From NCBI GenBank assembly GCA_036008085.1, contig DASYOD010000041.1, positions 9,695 through 73,694 on the forward strand: a stretch of 64,000 bases of DNA, read 5' to 3'. Position 1 is the first letter of the stretch. Each line of letters opens with the position of its first letter. The notes under the pieces are model-generated. The model saw only the letters and a list, made by a program, of their open reading frames with translations, had not been told where the DNA came from and did not search any database. The position numbers and the translations under genes were made by a program. Below are positions 28,741 to 37,620 of this stretch, piece after piece. The stretch comes from Terriglobales bacterium (GTDB lineage: Bacteria; Acidobacteriota; Terriglobia; Terriglobales; Acidobacteriaceae).

Positions 28741-31353
28741 ATGAGAGGCTTCCGGCGCTTATTTCGGCACCATTTTATTGTGGCAATACTGGCCGTCGCC
28801 ACGGCAACTTTCTCGGCGCAAGCTCAAGATATGCCGGCACCGCCGCCGGATCAGCAACAGGCTTACCCAGCTGACCAGGCGCCACCGCCGCCGGCAGAGC
28901 AGGGTGGTCAATCGACATACCCCACGGATCAGGCTCCGCCTCCGCCAGCGGAGACGGCTCCTTCAGTTGGAGATCAGTCAGGGTATCCCGCGGAGCAGGC
29001 TCCGCCAGTAGTTAGTCAGGCTCCCTACCAAACGGAGCCCGCGCCATCGGCCGGGCAGCCGCTGCCTTCGGATGGCAGCCAGGCGGGTGATCCTTCGGGC
29101 CGCGTTGGACGCTTAGGCTACATGTCCGGATCGGTTTCAGTGCAGCCGCAAGGGACCGGGGATTGGGTTCAGGGTTCGGCTAACCGTCCTCTTACCAACG
29201 GCGACAACGTATGGGCTGACCAAGACTCGCGCGCCGAGCTGAATTTGGGTACGGGCGTGATGCGCATTAGCTCGGAAAGCAGTTTGACTCTGACGAACGT
29301 CACCAACGATGCTGTGCAGGTGCAATTGCATCAGGGCACGTTGAATGTGCATGTCCGCAAGCTCTACAGCGGCGAGGTTTATGAGGTCGACACCCAGAAC
29401 CTGGCGTTCACGATAACCAAGGGTGGGGATTACCGGTTCGACGTCGATCCGAATGGGGATACGACCATCGTTACGGTTTGGAAGGGCGAGGGCGAAGCCA
29501 CCGGGCAGGGACAGTCGGTTAAGGTGCGCGCTGGCGAGGAGGCTCGGTTTACCGGGGGAACTTCGCTGGCGCATCAGACTATGGACGCGCCGCGACGTGA
29601 CGGCTTCGATGATTGGTGCAAAGTGCGCGACCAGCGCGAAGACGAATCCACCTCGGCGCAGTACGTTGCGCCGGGCGTGGTTGGAGCCGGCGATCTGGAT
29701 GAATACGGAAGCTGGCGGAACACCCCTCAATATGGAAATGTGTGGGTGCCGAGCAACGTCGCGCCAGGATGGGCTCCGTATAGTGATGGACAGTGGATCT
29801 GGCAAGCGCCTTGGGGATGGACTTGGGTAGACGCTGCTCCGTGGGGATTTGCTCCGTTCCACTATGGGCGCTGGGTTGACTTTGGCCCTTACTGGGGATG
29901 GGCGCCAGGACCGTACTGGGCCCGGCCTTACTACGCTCCGGCGCTGGTGGCCTGGTTTGGCGGGCCGCACTTTGGCATTGGCATAAACTTTGGCTTCGGC
30001 ATTGGCTTTGGCGGAGGATTTGGCTGGTGTCCGCTGGGCTTTGGCGAGCCGTTCTTCCCGTGGTACGGGGCTAGCCGCGGTTATTTCCGCAATGTCAACA
30101 TCAGCAACACGCGGATCAACAACTTTAACCATATCGCGAATAACTACGGCCGCAACGGCGGAGCATCTTACGGCAGAAATGGGGTTGGGATGCCGCGCTA
30201 TGCCACGCGGCCCGGAGCGATGACTGCGGTATCACGAAACACGCTGGAGCGGGGAATGTCCGTGGCTGGCAACAGGGTTAACATACCTGGCAGCGCCTTG
30301 CGGAATCTATCGAGTGCGAGTCTTGACCGTCCGAATATTTCCCCGACGCGTTCCAGCGTGCTGGGGTCAAAGGCAGGCCTGGCAGCGGCGCATCCTGCTT
30401 CAGGAGTTACTTCACGGCCGACGGTTAGCCGAATGACTCCACCGCGGAACTCGGGGTTGTCCAAGCCATCGCCGGCAATCGCGGCTTCGCATAATAGTGT
30501 GGCTGGGCGCGATGCGGGCTCACCAATGGCGAATCGGGCGCCTTCGGCTTCGCCAATGGGAAATCGCGGCTCTTCGCCAATGACAAATTCCGGCTCTTCC
30601 TCGATGGCAAATCGTGGATCTGAAGGACGTCCGCTTGCGCCATCACCTTCAGCTGCGCGCAATGTACCGCGTCCGCCGCAGAGCAGCACGAGGCCTTCCG
30701 GAGCTTCGGAGGGAGCAGGTGTAAGGTCGGAAGGAATGAATGGCGCGCGACCTGGGTCTTCGGATGGGTTCTCCGCTTCGCGATCGGCGCCTCGGCCAGC
30801 ACAAAGCAGCCCGACTATGAGCGCCCGAAATATGGCGCCAAGCATGTCATCGGGTTCGCGCTCGTATTCGGCTCCATACTTTGGCCGCGGGAACAATGTG
30901 CCGCGTCCTACGGGGCGAGTGCAGTCCGCAGCACGTAGCTACTCATCAGGACAGGGCGGCTACTCGGCCCGTTCGTACAGCGGTGGGGGGGTCGGCGGTT
31001 ACAGTGGCTCGCGCGGATACAGCGGAGGCGGTTATGGCGCCTCACGAGGATACGGCGGAGGTAACTACGGCGCGCAGTCGCGCAGTTACAGCGCGCCCTC
31101 GCGTAGCTACAGCGCGTCTCGCAATTACGGCGGATCGCCTTACAGTGGCGGTTCGTCGAGGGGATATAGTGGCCGAAGCTACTCCGCGCCGTCGTCGCAC
31201 GGCTCAGGCTCGTTCGGCGGCGGTCGCGGATACTCAGGGTCACACGGGAGCTTCGGAGGCCACGGCGGCTCGGGCGGTTCCCATGGCGGGGGCGGTTCGC
31301 ATGGTGGTGGCGGCGGCCATGGTGGGGGCGGTTCGCACGGCGGCCATCGCTAA
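28741..31353 (+). CDS. secreted FecR-like / W-G-rich domain protein with long low-complexity C-terminus
   Basis: The ATG at 28741 gives signal peptide MRGFRRLFRHHFIVAILAVATATFSAQA. Pro-rich repeats are followed by a FecR-like beta region (DNVWADQDSRAELNLGTGVMRI). A Trp/Gly-rich block follows (WVPSNVAPGWAPYSDGQWIWQAPWGWTWVD), then about 400 aa of S/G/R/Y/H low complexity. Confidence 0.7.
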   Translation: MRGFRRLFRHHFIVAILAVATATFSAQAQDMPAPPPDQQQAYPADQAPPPPAEQGGQSTYPTDQAPPPPAETAPSVGDQSGYPAEQAPPVVSQAPYQTEPAPSAGQPLPSDGSQAGDPSGRVGRLGYMSGSVSVQPQGTGDWVQGSANRPLTNGDNVWADQDSRAELNLGTGVMRISSESSLTLTNVTNDAVQVQLHQGTLNVHVRKLYSGEVYEVDTQNLAFTITKGGDYRFDVDPNGDTTIVTVWKGEGEATGQGQSVKVRAGEEARFTGGTSLAHQTMDAPRRDGFDDWCKVRDQREDESTSAQYVAPGVVGAGDLDEYGSWRNTPQYGNVWVPSNVAPGWAPYSDGQWIWQAPWGWTWVDAAPWGFAPFHYGRWVDFGPYWGWAPGPYWARPYYAPALVAWFGGPHFGIGINFGFGIGFGGGFGWCPLGFGEPFFPWYGASRGYFRNVNISNTRINNFNHIANNYGRNGGASYGRNGVGMPRYATRPGAMTAVSRNTLERGMSVAGNRVNIPGSALRNLSSASLDRPNISPTRSSVLGSKAGLAAAHPASGVTSRPTVSRMTPPRNSGLSKPSPAIAASHNSVAGRDAGSPMANRAPSASPMGNRGSSPMTNSGSSSMANRGSEGRPLAPSPSAARNVPRPPQSSTRPSGASEGAGVRSEGMNGARPGSSDGFSASRSAPRPAQSSPTMSARNMAPSMSSGSRSYSAPYFGRGNNVPRPTGRVQSAARSYSSGQGGYSARSYSGGGVGGYSGSRGYSGGGYGASRGYGGGNYGAQSRSYSAPSRSYSASRNYGGSPYSGGSSRGYSGRSYSAPSSHGSGSFGGGRGYSGSHGSFGGHGGSGGSHGGGGSHGGGGGHGGGGSHGGHR

Positions 31354-31372
31354 TTGAAACTACATTTTGATG

Positions 31373-31406
31373 CCGCCCCGCTGGTTCAGCGGGGCGATCT
31401 TTTTTC
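31373..31406 (+). terminator. Rho-independent terminator
   Basis: GCCCCGCTG-GTT-CAGCGGGGC followed by GATCTTTTTT, 20 nt after the stop at 31353. Confidence 0.8.
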
Positions 31407-31589
31407 GGCTAATTCGTTGTCCTGCAATCGCATAGAAACGATTCACGTTGTGCTCGCCGGATCCCTCAGCTTGCTGGAAAGAACCCCGACATTCCGAATG
31501 ACCTTTCTCACAAATTGATACGCTAACGGAACTCAGGACGGTTTTGTACGACCAAAGTCGAACTCACCCCCTCCGACCGTATCCCCTGA

Positions 31590-31618
31590 TTGCCTTTGGT
31601 TCCCAATTCGGGTAAACT
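31590..31618 (+). promoter_or_regulatory. candidate sigma-70-type promoter for carD (TTGCCT-17-TAAACT)
   Basis: Hexamers at 31590-31595 and 31613-31618 with a 17-nt spacer, 50 nt upstream of the ATG. Confidence 0.3.
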
Positions 31619-31668
31619 CATGTAGTGTTGTTCCTCGTTTTCCCTCCTGGTTTTGTGGGTGACTTCTC

Positions 31669-32205
31669 ATGTTGAACGGAAATGGCAGCTTCCACATAGG
31701 CGACAAAGTCGTCTACCCGAATCATGGCGTCGGTGTAATTGAGCAGATCAGCAGCCGTACTATCGGCGAGACTGTGGAAAATTTCTATCTCCTGAAAATA
31801 AAGTCGAGCAGCCTTAAGGTTATGGTGCCATTTCATAACGTGGGCACCGTCGGCCTGCGGCGCGTGGTGAAGAACGGCGAAATTCAGAAGATCGTGGATT
31901 TTCTTGAAGATGGAGAATGCGATAACAACGCCGACTGGAAATACCGCTTCAAAGAAAATTCTGAGCGCATGCGCACGGGCTCTCTTCTGGAAGTGGCGAA
32001 CGTGCTCAAGGCGTTACTGGTTCTGAACCAGTCCAAGTCGCTTTCGTTTCGGGAAAAGAAAATGCTCGAACGTGCGCGCTACCTTCTCGTGAGCGAGTTG
32101 GCAATGGCCAGAAATTGCGACGAGCCGCAGATCGAGGAATTGTTGACGAAAGCTTTGTCGAAGGCAAACCTGCGGTTCCCGGAAGCCTCAGAATTCCAAG
32201 CCTGA
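31669..32205 (+). CDS. carD: CarD/CdnL family RNA polymerase-binding transcription factor
   Basis: 178 aa. FHIGDKVVYPNHGVGVIEQI...YLLKI is typical of the CarD_CdnL_TRCF N-terminal domain. Confidence 0.85.
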   Translation: MLNGNGSFHIGDKVVYPNHGVGVIEQISSRTIGETVENFYLLKIKSSSLKVMVPFHNVGTVGLRRVVKNGEIQKIVDFLEDGECDNNADWKYRFKENSERMRTGSLLEVANVLKALLVLNQSKSLSFREKKMLERARYLLVSELAMARNCDEPQIEELLTKALSKANLRFPEASEFQA

Positions 32206-32302
32206 GGCGATTTTTCAACGCACCGTCCGCTTCCCATTCTGGTAAAAAGTTCGCCGACCCATCACGTCGGCGCCAGGCGGTAGGTTTATAATCCGGTGAA
32301 GC

Positions 32303-32782
32303 ATGACCGATCAAATTAAAAGAAAATTGCAGGAAGAAATGAATCAGCTCGAACATGAACTGGTTTATGAACTGCCTAAAGAGATTAAGAAAGCCGCTGC
32401 CTTGGGCGACCTCAGCGAAAACGCTGAGTACCACATGGCCAAGCAGCGCCAGGAATTCGTCAAGGCCCGGCTGCGTCAATTAGGCAAACGCATGGGCGAT
32501 CTCGCGCTGATTAACATGGATAATATTCCCCACGACAAGGTGGGGCTGGGCTCGACTGTCAAGGTTTACGACAACGACAAGAACGAAGAAGTCCAATACA
32601 AGCTGGTCACCAGCGAAGAAGCCGATTTCCCGTCGGGCAAAATTTCTACCAGTTCGCCGATTGGCCGCGCCTTGCTCAACAAGAAAGTAGGCGACACTGC
32701 GATCGTGGTTACGCCGAACGGCAAGCGCGAAATGGAAATTCTGAAGCTGAGTACGATTCACGACGAAGCGGCTGCTGGATAA
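32303..32782 (+). CDS. greA: transcription elongation factor GreA
   Basis: 159 aa. Coiled-coil N-terminus with GDLSENAEYH, and C-terminal domain SPIGRALLNKKVGD. Confidence 0.9.
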   Translation: MTDQIKRKLQEEMNQLEHELVYELPKEIKKAAALGDLSENAEYHMAKQRQEFVKARLRQLGKRMGDLALINMDNIPHDKVGLGSTVKVYDNDKNEEVQYKLVTSEEADFPSGKISTSSPIGRALLNKKVGDTAIVVTPNGKREMEILKLSTIHDEAAAG

Positions 32783-32792
32783 CTAACAGCGC

Positions 32793-33479
32793 ATGACTCC
32801 AAGCAAAGAAGCCAACCGAAGCGCCGGTCGCACTGGTTACAAAACCTGGACCAGCGTCTTCGGCCGAGGCTGCGGCATGTTGCTCGATGCGATTGTTCGC
32901 CGCCTGGCGTTAGCCCGAGTCAATCCCAACGTGCTCACATTCCTGGGTCTGGTCGTCAATATAGTTGCTGCTTTTCTCTTTGGATACGCAAATACGGAAA
33001 ATCAAGCCCGCATGTTCCTCTACGCTGGCCTGGTCATCATCGGGTCGGGCTTCTTTGATCTAGTCGACGGCGCCGTGGCTCGAGCCAGCAATCGTGTGAC
33101 CCGCTTCGGCGGATTCTTCGACTCGGTAGTCGACCGCTACAGCGATGCCTCCCAATTCGTAGGGCTGATGGTGTTTTACGGCCGCAGCGGCCGCTCCGTC
33201 TATGTAATCCTCGCCGCCATCGCGATGATCAGCGCGATCATGGTCAGCTACACGCGGGCCCGCGCCGAATCGCTGATAGGGTCGTGCCGCGTAGGTTTCA
33301 TGGAGCGTCCCGAGCGGCTTGTTCTGGTTATTATCGGAGCGCTTTTCAACCGCATGGCGCCAGTCCTGTGGATCATCGCTGTTCTCTCCACGATTACCGT
33401 AATCCATCGCATCCGCTACACCTGGACGAGAACGGAACTCGTAGACCGAGCAGCGGCGAATCCAGTACAGGCCGCATAA
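32793..33479 (+). CDS. CDP-alcohol phosphatidyltransferase family protein
   Basis: 228 aa. DLVDGAVARASNRVTRFGGFFDSVVDRYSD fits D-x2-DG-x2-AR-x8-G-x3-D-x3-D. Confidence 0.8.
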   Translation: MTPSKEANRSAGRTGYKTWTSVFGRGCGMLLDAIVRRLALARVNPNVLTFLGLVVNIVAAFLFGYANTENQARMFLYAGLVIIGSGFFDLVDGAVARASNRVTRFGGFFDSVVDRYSDASQFVGLMVFYGRSGRSVYVILAAIAMISAIMVSYTRARAESLIGSCRVGFMERPERLVLVIIGALFNRMAPVLWIIAVLSTITVIHRIRYTWTRTELVDRAAANPVQAA

Positions 33480-33535
33480 TAGCGGTAAACGTCTCCTACA
33501 AAGATGGGAAGGTGTAACTGGTCGCGAACGCAGAT

Positions 33536-34198
33536 TTAGTGCGTGAGATATTGTCGAGCCAGCCAGAGTTTTAAATCGCGCTTCAAATCCGGACTCATGC
33601 CCAGGAAACGGATTCCGGCGTTACCCATTTTATCGATCCAGGCTATTTCTCCCTGAACCTTCATTGGAGCCTTGCTTTCCGGCAATTGAAAACCGAGTCG
33701 CACCGGACCCTGGAACGCCATGGGGTAAGGGAGACGGATTCCCATTCCGCCTTCGCTGAGGTTTATCAGATGGGCCTCAACTTTCTTTCTGGGGCCGTAG
33801 GCGAGGCTTACCGGCAGATCGAGCGCGTGCCGGTTATAGCGGAGGCGGCCGTCAAGAATCATGTTGCGCGCCGCGGAAAGAGTGCGCACGGCTTGCTCTA
33901 CGGAAATCGGCTTTTTAAAAACAAATGTTGCGCCTCTGTCTTGCAGTTGCCCGGTCGAACCGCTGACGATGACGAGCGGTACTGCGTTCAATCCGGTGCC
34001 GAGCCCTTTTAGAAAACTGCTGGTTCCATCCAGATCGCAGTCCACAATGAGAGCGTCGACTTTGGACTTGGCAAGTTTAGCGCGAGCCCGCTCCGGTTCC
34101 GGTTCAACCTCGACGCCGATGTGCAAGCCTCCGAGAATACACTCCAACACACTGACTTCTGCCCAATCGCGAGAAACTACCATGGATGAGAGTGTCAT
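33536..34198 (-). CDS. receiver-like domain + PilZ domain protein
   Basis: 220 aa. The N-terminal CheY-like fold has only one Asp of the usual N-terminal acidic pair (VVSRDW...ALIVDCDLDG). The C-terminal PilZ-like part has RLRYNRH and NLSEGGMG motifs. Confidence 0.7.
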   Translation of the reverse strand: MTLSSMVVSRDWAEVSVLECILGGLHIGVEVEPEPERARAKLAKSKVDALIVDCDLDGTSSFLKGLGTGLNAVPLVIVSGSTGQLQDRGATFVFKKPISVEQAVRTLSAARNMILDGRLRYNRHALDLPVSLAYGPRKKVEAHLINLSEGGMGIRLPYPMAFQGPVRLGFQLPESKAPMKVQGEIAWIDKMGNAGIRFLGMSPDLKRDLKLWLARQYLTH

Positions 34199-34367
34199 AC
34201 GGCAACTGTAGCTGCAGGCGTAATCAGGCTACAGATAACGAAGGTAATGAAGGGCAGGCGCCAGGCTTCGGGTGTGGCTTGGGTTTTCGACCGCGAGTTT
34301 GTTGGACACGACGAATGGACTCCACCGGAGATCCCTGAAGCCTGACGCCTAACGCCCGAAGCCTGTT

Positions 34368-35324
34368 TCACGCTGTAGCGGATTTTCCCTGTGCACGGTA
34401 CCAGTCGATGGTGCGACGCAAGCCTTCTTCGAAGTTCACCTGCGGCTTGTATCCCAGATGTTTCTCCGCATGCGACAAATCAGCCAGCGAGTGTTTTACG
34501 TCTCCCGCTCGTTCGGGAGCGTGGTTCACCTCGCCGGGATATCCGATAAGTTTTTTCAGCACGCGGAACATCTCGTTCAAATCAATTCGCGTGCCCGATG
34601 CCACGTTGAATATTCGTCCCGCCACTTCGCTGGCCGGAGCTTTGCAGGCCAGCAGATTGGCGTGCACGACGTTTTCCACGTAAGTGAAATCGCGGCTCTG
34701 AGCGCCGTCGCCGTAGATGGTCGGCTGTTCTCCTTTGAGCATTTGCGTAATAAATTTGGCCAGCACACCGGAGTACGGCGACGTGGGATCTTGCCGCGGT
34801 CCAAAGATGTTGAAATAGCGTAAGGACACAGTTTCTACGCCATAGCAGCGGAAAAAAGATGTCAGGTAATACTCGCTGGCCAACTTCGCTACAGCGTAGG
34901 GCGAAATCGGATTGGGAATCATATCTTCGCGTTTGGGTAGGGTGGGCGTATCACCGTAGGCCGAGGACGAAGCCGCGTAAATGACGCGCTTAACTTTTGC
35001 GTCGCGAGCTGCGACTAGCAGGTTAACCGTTCCGTCCACATTGGCTTGATTGCTTTCCAGTGGATTCAGCACCGACCGGGGCACCGAAGGAATGGCTGCT
35101 TCATGCAAAACGTAATCGACGCCCTTGCACGCCGACTGCATTGCGCCAAGGTCAAGCAAGTCAGCCTCGCGAACGTCGATGCGATCGAGCAGTTCGGAGA
35201 TGTTGGTGCGCTTTCCAGTTGAGAAATTATCAACTCCGCGCACGTTGTCGCCCTGCGCCAAAACCGCTCGCGCCAACGACGATCCAATGAATCCCGCGAT
35301 TCCAGTAATAAGATAAATTGCCAT
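34368..35324 (-). CDS. NAD-dependent sugar-nucleotide epimerase (extended SDR, WbpP/TviC-like)
   Basis: 318 aa with GIAGFIGS Rossmann motif, catalytic YAVAK, and FNIFGPRQDP. Confidence 0.8.
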   Translation of the reverse strand: MAIYLITGIAGFIGSSLARAVLAQGDNVRGVDNFSTGKRTNISELLDRIDVREADLLDLGAMQSACKGVDYVLHEAAIPSVPRSVLNPLESNQANVDGTVNLLVAARDAKVKRVIYAASSSAYGDTPTLPKREDMIPNPISPYAVAKLASEYYLTSFFRCYGVETVSLRYFNIFGPRQDPTSPYSGVLAKFITQMLKGEQPTIYGDGAQSRDFTYVENVVHANLLACKAPASEVAGRIFNVASGTRIDLNEMFRVLKKLIGYPGEVNHAPERAGDVKHSLADLSHAEKHLGYKPQVNFEEGLRRTIDWYRAQGKSATA

Positions 35325-35397
35325 AGATGCTTAAATCATAATGGATGAGAGTGAATTGAGAAACGGACCATCGGTAACCGGGTAGTTGATGCGTCAG

Positions 35398-35997
35398 CTA
35401 CGCCTGATGGCTTTCAACGGCGATGCGGATTTCTTTCCACAACTCTTCGTGCCCGGCGGTGCTTTTGGCGGAGAACGGCACAATCCGCGCTTGAGGAAAT
35501 TCCTGGTTGAGCGTTTGCAGAGAGTTTCGCAATTGATTCCCGGACAGCTTGTCGCTTTTCGTTCCCACGATCAGGAATGGCCGCGCGGTAAAAGTAAGAA
35601 AATCGAGGAGTGCCTTGTCGCTCTCCTGCGGGGGCACGTTCACATCTACCAACACCAGACACAACGCCAGCGAGGGACGATGCTCCAGATAAGGTTCAAT
35701 AAAGCTTGGCCAATGGCTGGAAATTTCGCGTGAAATTTTCGCATATCCGTAACCGGGCAAATCGGTGAAGATCAATTCCGGCGTGGGCTTTCCCGGCCAG
35801 CGCAGCTCGAAAAAGTTGATGCTCCGCGTGCGGCCCGGCGTAGAGCTGGTTTTGGCCAGTTTCTTGCCCACCAACGAATTAATCACACTCGACTTGCCGA
35901 CGTTCGAGCGGCCCAAAAACGCGACCTCGGGAAGCGTGGGTGCGGGAAAGTGGCTGGCGTCCATCGCCGACATCATGAATCGAGCCAAGACGCGCAT
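35398..35997 (-). CDS. engB: ribosome biogenesis GTPase YihA/EngB
   Basis: 199 aa with GRSNVGKSS (G1), DLPGYG (G3) and TKSDK (G4). Confidence 0.85.
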   Translation of the reverse strand: MRVLARFMMSAMDASHFPAPTLPEVAFLGRSNVGKSSVINSLVGKKLAKTSSTPGRTRSINFFELRWPGKPTPELIFTDLPGYGYAKISREISSHWPSFIEPYLEHRPSLALCLVLVDVNVPPQESDKALLDFLTFTARPFLIVGTKSDKLSGNQLRNSLQTLNQEFPQARIVPFSAKSTAGHEELWKEIRIAVESHQA

Positions 35998-36054
35998 GGC
36001 TTCAGTGTGCAGTTTCGCTGCGTAAGTTGCAAGCGGCTGCGGATTCTTGAGGTG

Positions 36055-36291
36055 CTAGTCCAAGCCTAGCGGCTTTTTGTTTTTGACATCCGCTTCGCGG
36101 ATGGGCCTGAACTTATGCCAGAGAAAAAGTACGCCGGCTACCACGACTCCAATTCCTACGCTTATCAGGAAAAACCATCGGTAAGCCGGGAACGCAATCA
36201 AAACGATTGCCACCACTGCGATGGCGACAATTAAACCGGTTGCTCCACGGAATCGCGATTTAGGTTCTTCTGAATAAAACTTCGGCTCCAT
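36055..36291 (-). CDS. small two-TM membrane protein, hypothetical
   Basis: 78 aa with two hydrophobic helices, packed tightly between engB and dcd. Confidence 0.5.
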   Translation of the reverse strand: MEPKFYSEEPKSRFRGATGLIVAIAVVAIVLIAFPAYRWFFLISVGIGVVVAGVLFLWHKFRPIREADVKNKKPLGLD

Positions 36292-36310
36292 ACAAACATC
36301 CTGCAGCGAT

Positions 36311-37495
36311 TCAGACTGACGACGTCTGCCGGCGAAATTGCTTGCTCAGCGTGAGCGCTTGCTGCTGATACGACGAACCGATCTGCAAGCCATAAATTTT
36401 CTCTGGCTTGGAAAGCAGCGGCATGTAGGTGAGCCGTCCGACGAATTGCTCGTGTTCGATCAGGAACGGCACCTCATGCGCGCGCACTTCCAGCACTGCT
36501 CGCGTGCCTTTGATGTCACTGGCGCCGTAGCCGAATCCGGGATCAAAAAAACCGGCGTAGTGAATGCGAAACTCGCCGACTGAAGGGTCGAACGGCACCA
36601 TCTCCGCGGCAAATTCCGGAGGAACGCGCACCCGTTCCTTGGAAGCCAAAATGTAGAAATCGCCCGGCTCAAGAATCACACGCTGATTTGTGCTTTGCCG
36701 CCGAACCTCCCAGAATTCTTCGGGCGCGTAATAATTTATTCGATCCAGTTCGATCGCGGGAGCGTGCTTGCGAGCTTTATAGGCGATGACTTCATCGGGC
36801 GAGGAGCCTTCGAGATTCACCGTGATTCTCAGGCCGCGATCTACGGACGCCTTGACTGCGTTTTCCTCGTCCATGTAGATGAGCTGTTGCTCTTCGTCAA
36901 GGCGACGAATCCGGCTGTCGGACGATACGGGATTCCCTCGCACAAAGCGCAGTTGATTGAGCCTCATGCCCGCGCGCACAGCAACAGTGAAGGTGCGGGA
37001 AACGATTTCGGCGTAGAGCCTGCCTTTATAGCCCGGCGGAACGCGCTCAAATTCGACGCCATCATCGGTGATCAAGCGAATGAAAACGTCCAGGCGTCCG
37101 GTGGTACTTTTCGGATTCGCTTTGCCGGAGATGTCGCGCGGCAAATCAAGTTCTTCAACCAAGGGAACAATGTAAACGCATCCCTTTTCGAAAACGGCGG
37201 CGCTGGTGAGATCGACGCGCGCCATGCGAAGGTCTTTTACTTTCGCTTCGACTTTGCCGCCGGGACCGGGAAGAAAGCTAGCCTGCACACGATGCGCGAT
37301 GTCTCCCAGCCGCAGATCGAGGCTCGCCGGTTGAATCTGTTCTTCCGTGATGGCGCGATTGCCGATGATGCGTCCCTTGGCAATCAACTCGCGAATAGAT
37401 TGCGATGGAAGTATGCCCGTGGTGCGCTCTTCGTTCGCAGCTGGCATCTCCGGAAACAACCCGACTTCTCCGTTCCTCAAGTCGGAACTGGACAT
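36311..37495 (-). CDS. dcd: 2'-deoxycytidine 5'-triphosphate deaminase, long form (DCD family)
   Basis: 394 aa. QPASLDLRLG, ANPKSTTGRLDVF and HYAGFFDPGFGYG blocks are typical of the ~370-aa DCD family. Confidence 0.75.
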   Translation of the reverse strand: MSSSDLRNGEVGLFPEMPAANEERTTGILPSQSIRELIAKGRIIGNRAITEEQIQPASLDLRLGDIAHRVQASFLPGPGGKVEAKVKDLRMARVDLTSAAVFEKGCVYIVPLVEELDLPRDISGKANPKSTTGRLDVFIRLITDDGVEFERVPPGYKGRLYAEIVSRTFTVAVRAGMRLNQLRFVRGNPVSSDSRIRRLDEEQQLIYMDEENAVKASVDRGLRITVNLEGSSPDEVIAYKARKHAPAIELDRINYYAPEEFWEVRRQSTNQRVILEPGDFYILASKERVRVPPEFAAEMVPFDPSVGEFRIHYAGFFDPGFGYGASDIKGTRAVLEVRAHEVPFLIEHEQFVGRLTYMPLLSKPEKIYGLQIGSSYQQQALTLSKQFRRQTSSV

Positions 37496-37620
37496 GATTC
37501 AAGACTCCCGTCGTTGCTTGATGATCTCCGAAAGGCGGTGTGCCCCTCGATTCATTCTAGGCTGGAAATTGCTGTCAATCTACGGCGGATTAGGCCAACT
37601 GTCAAGTTCTGACGATTCAT

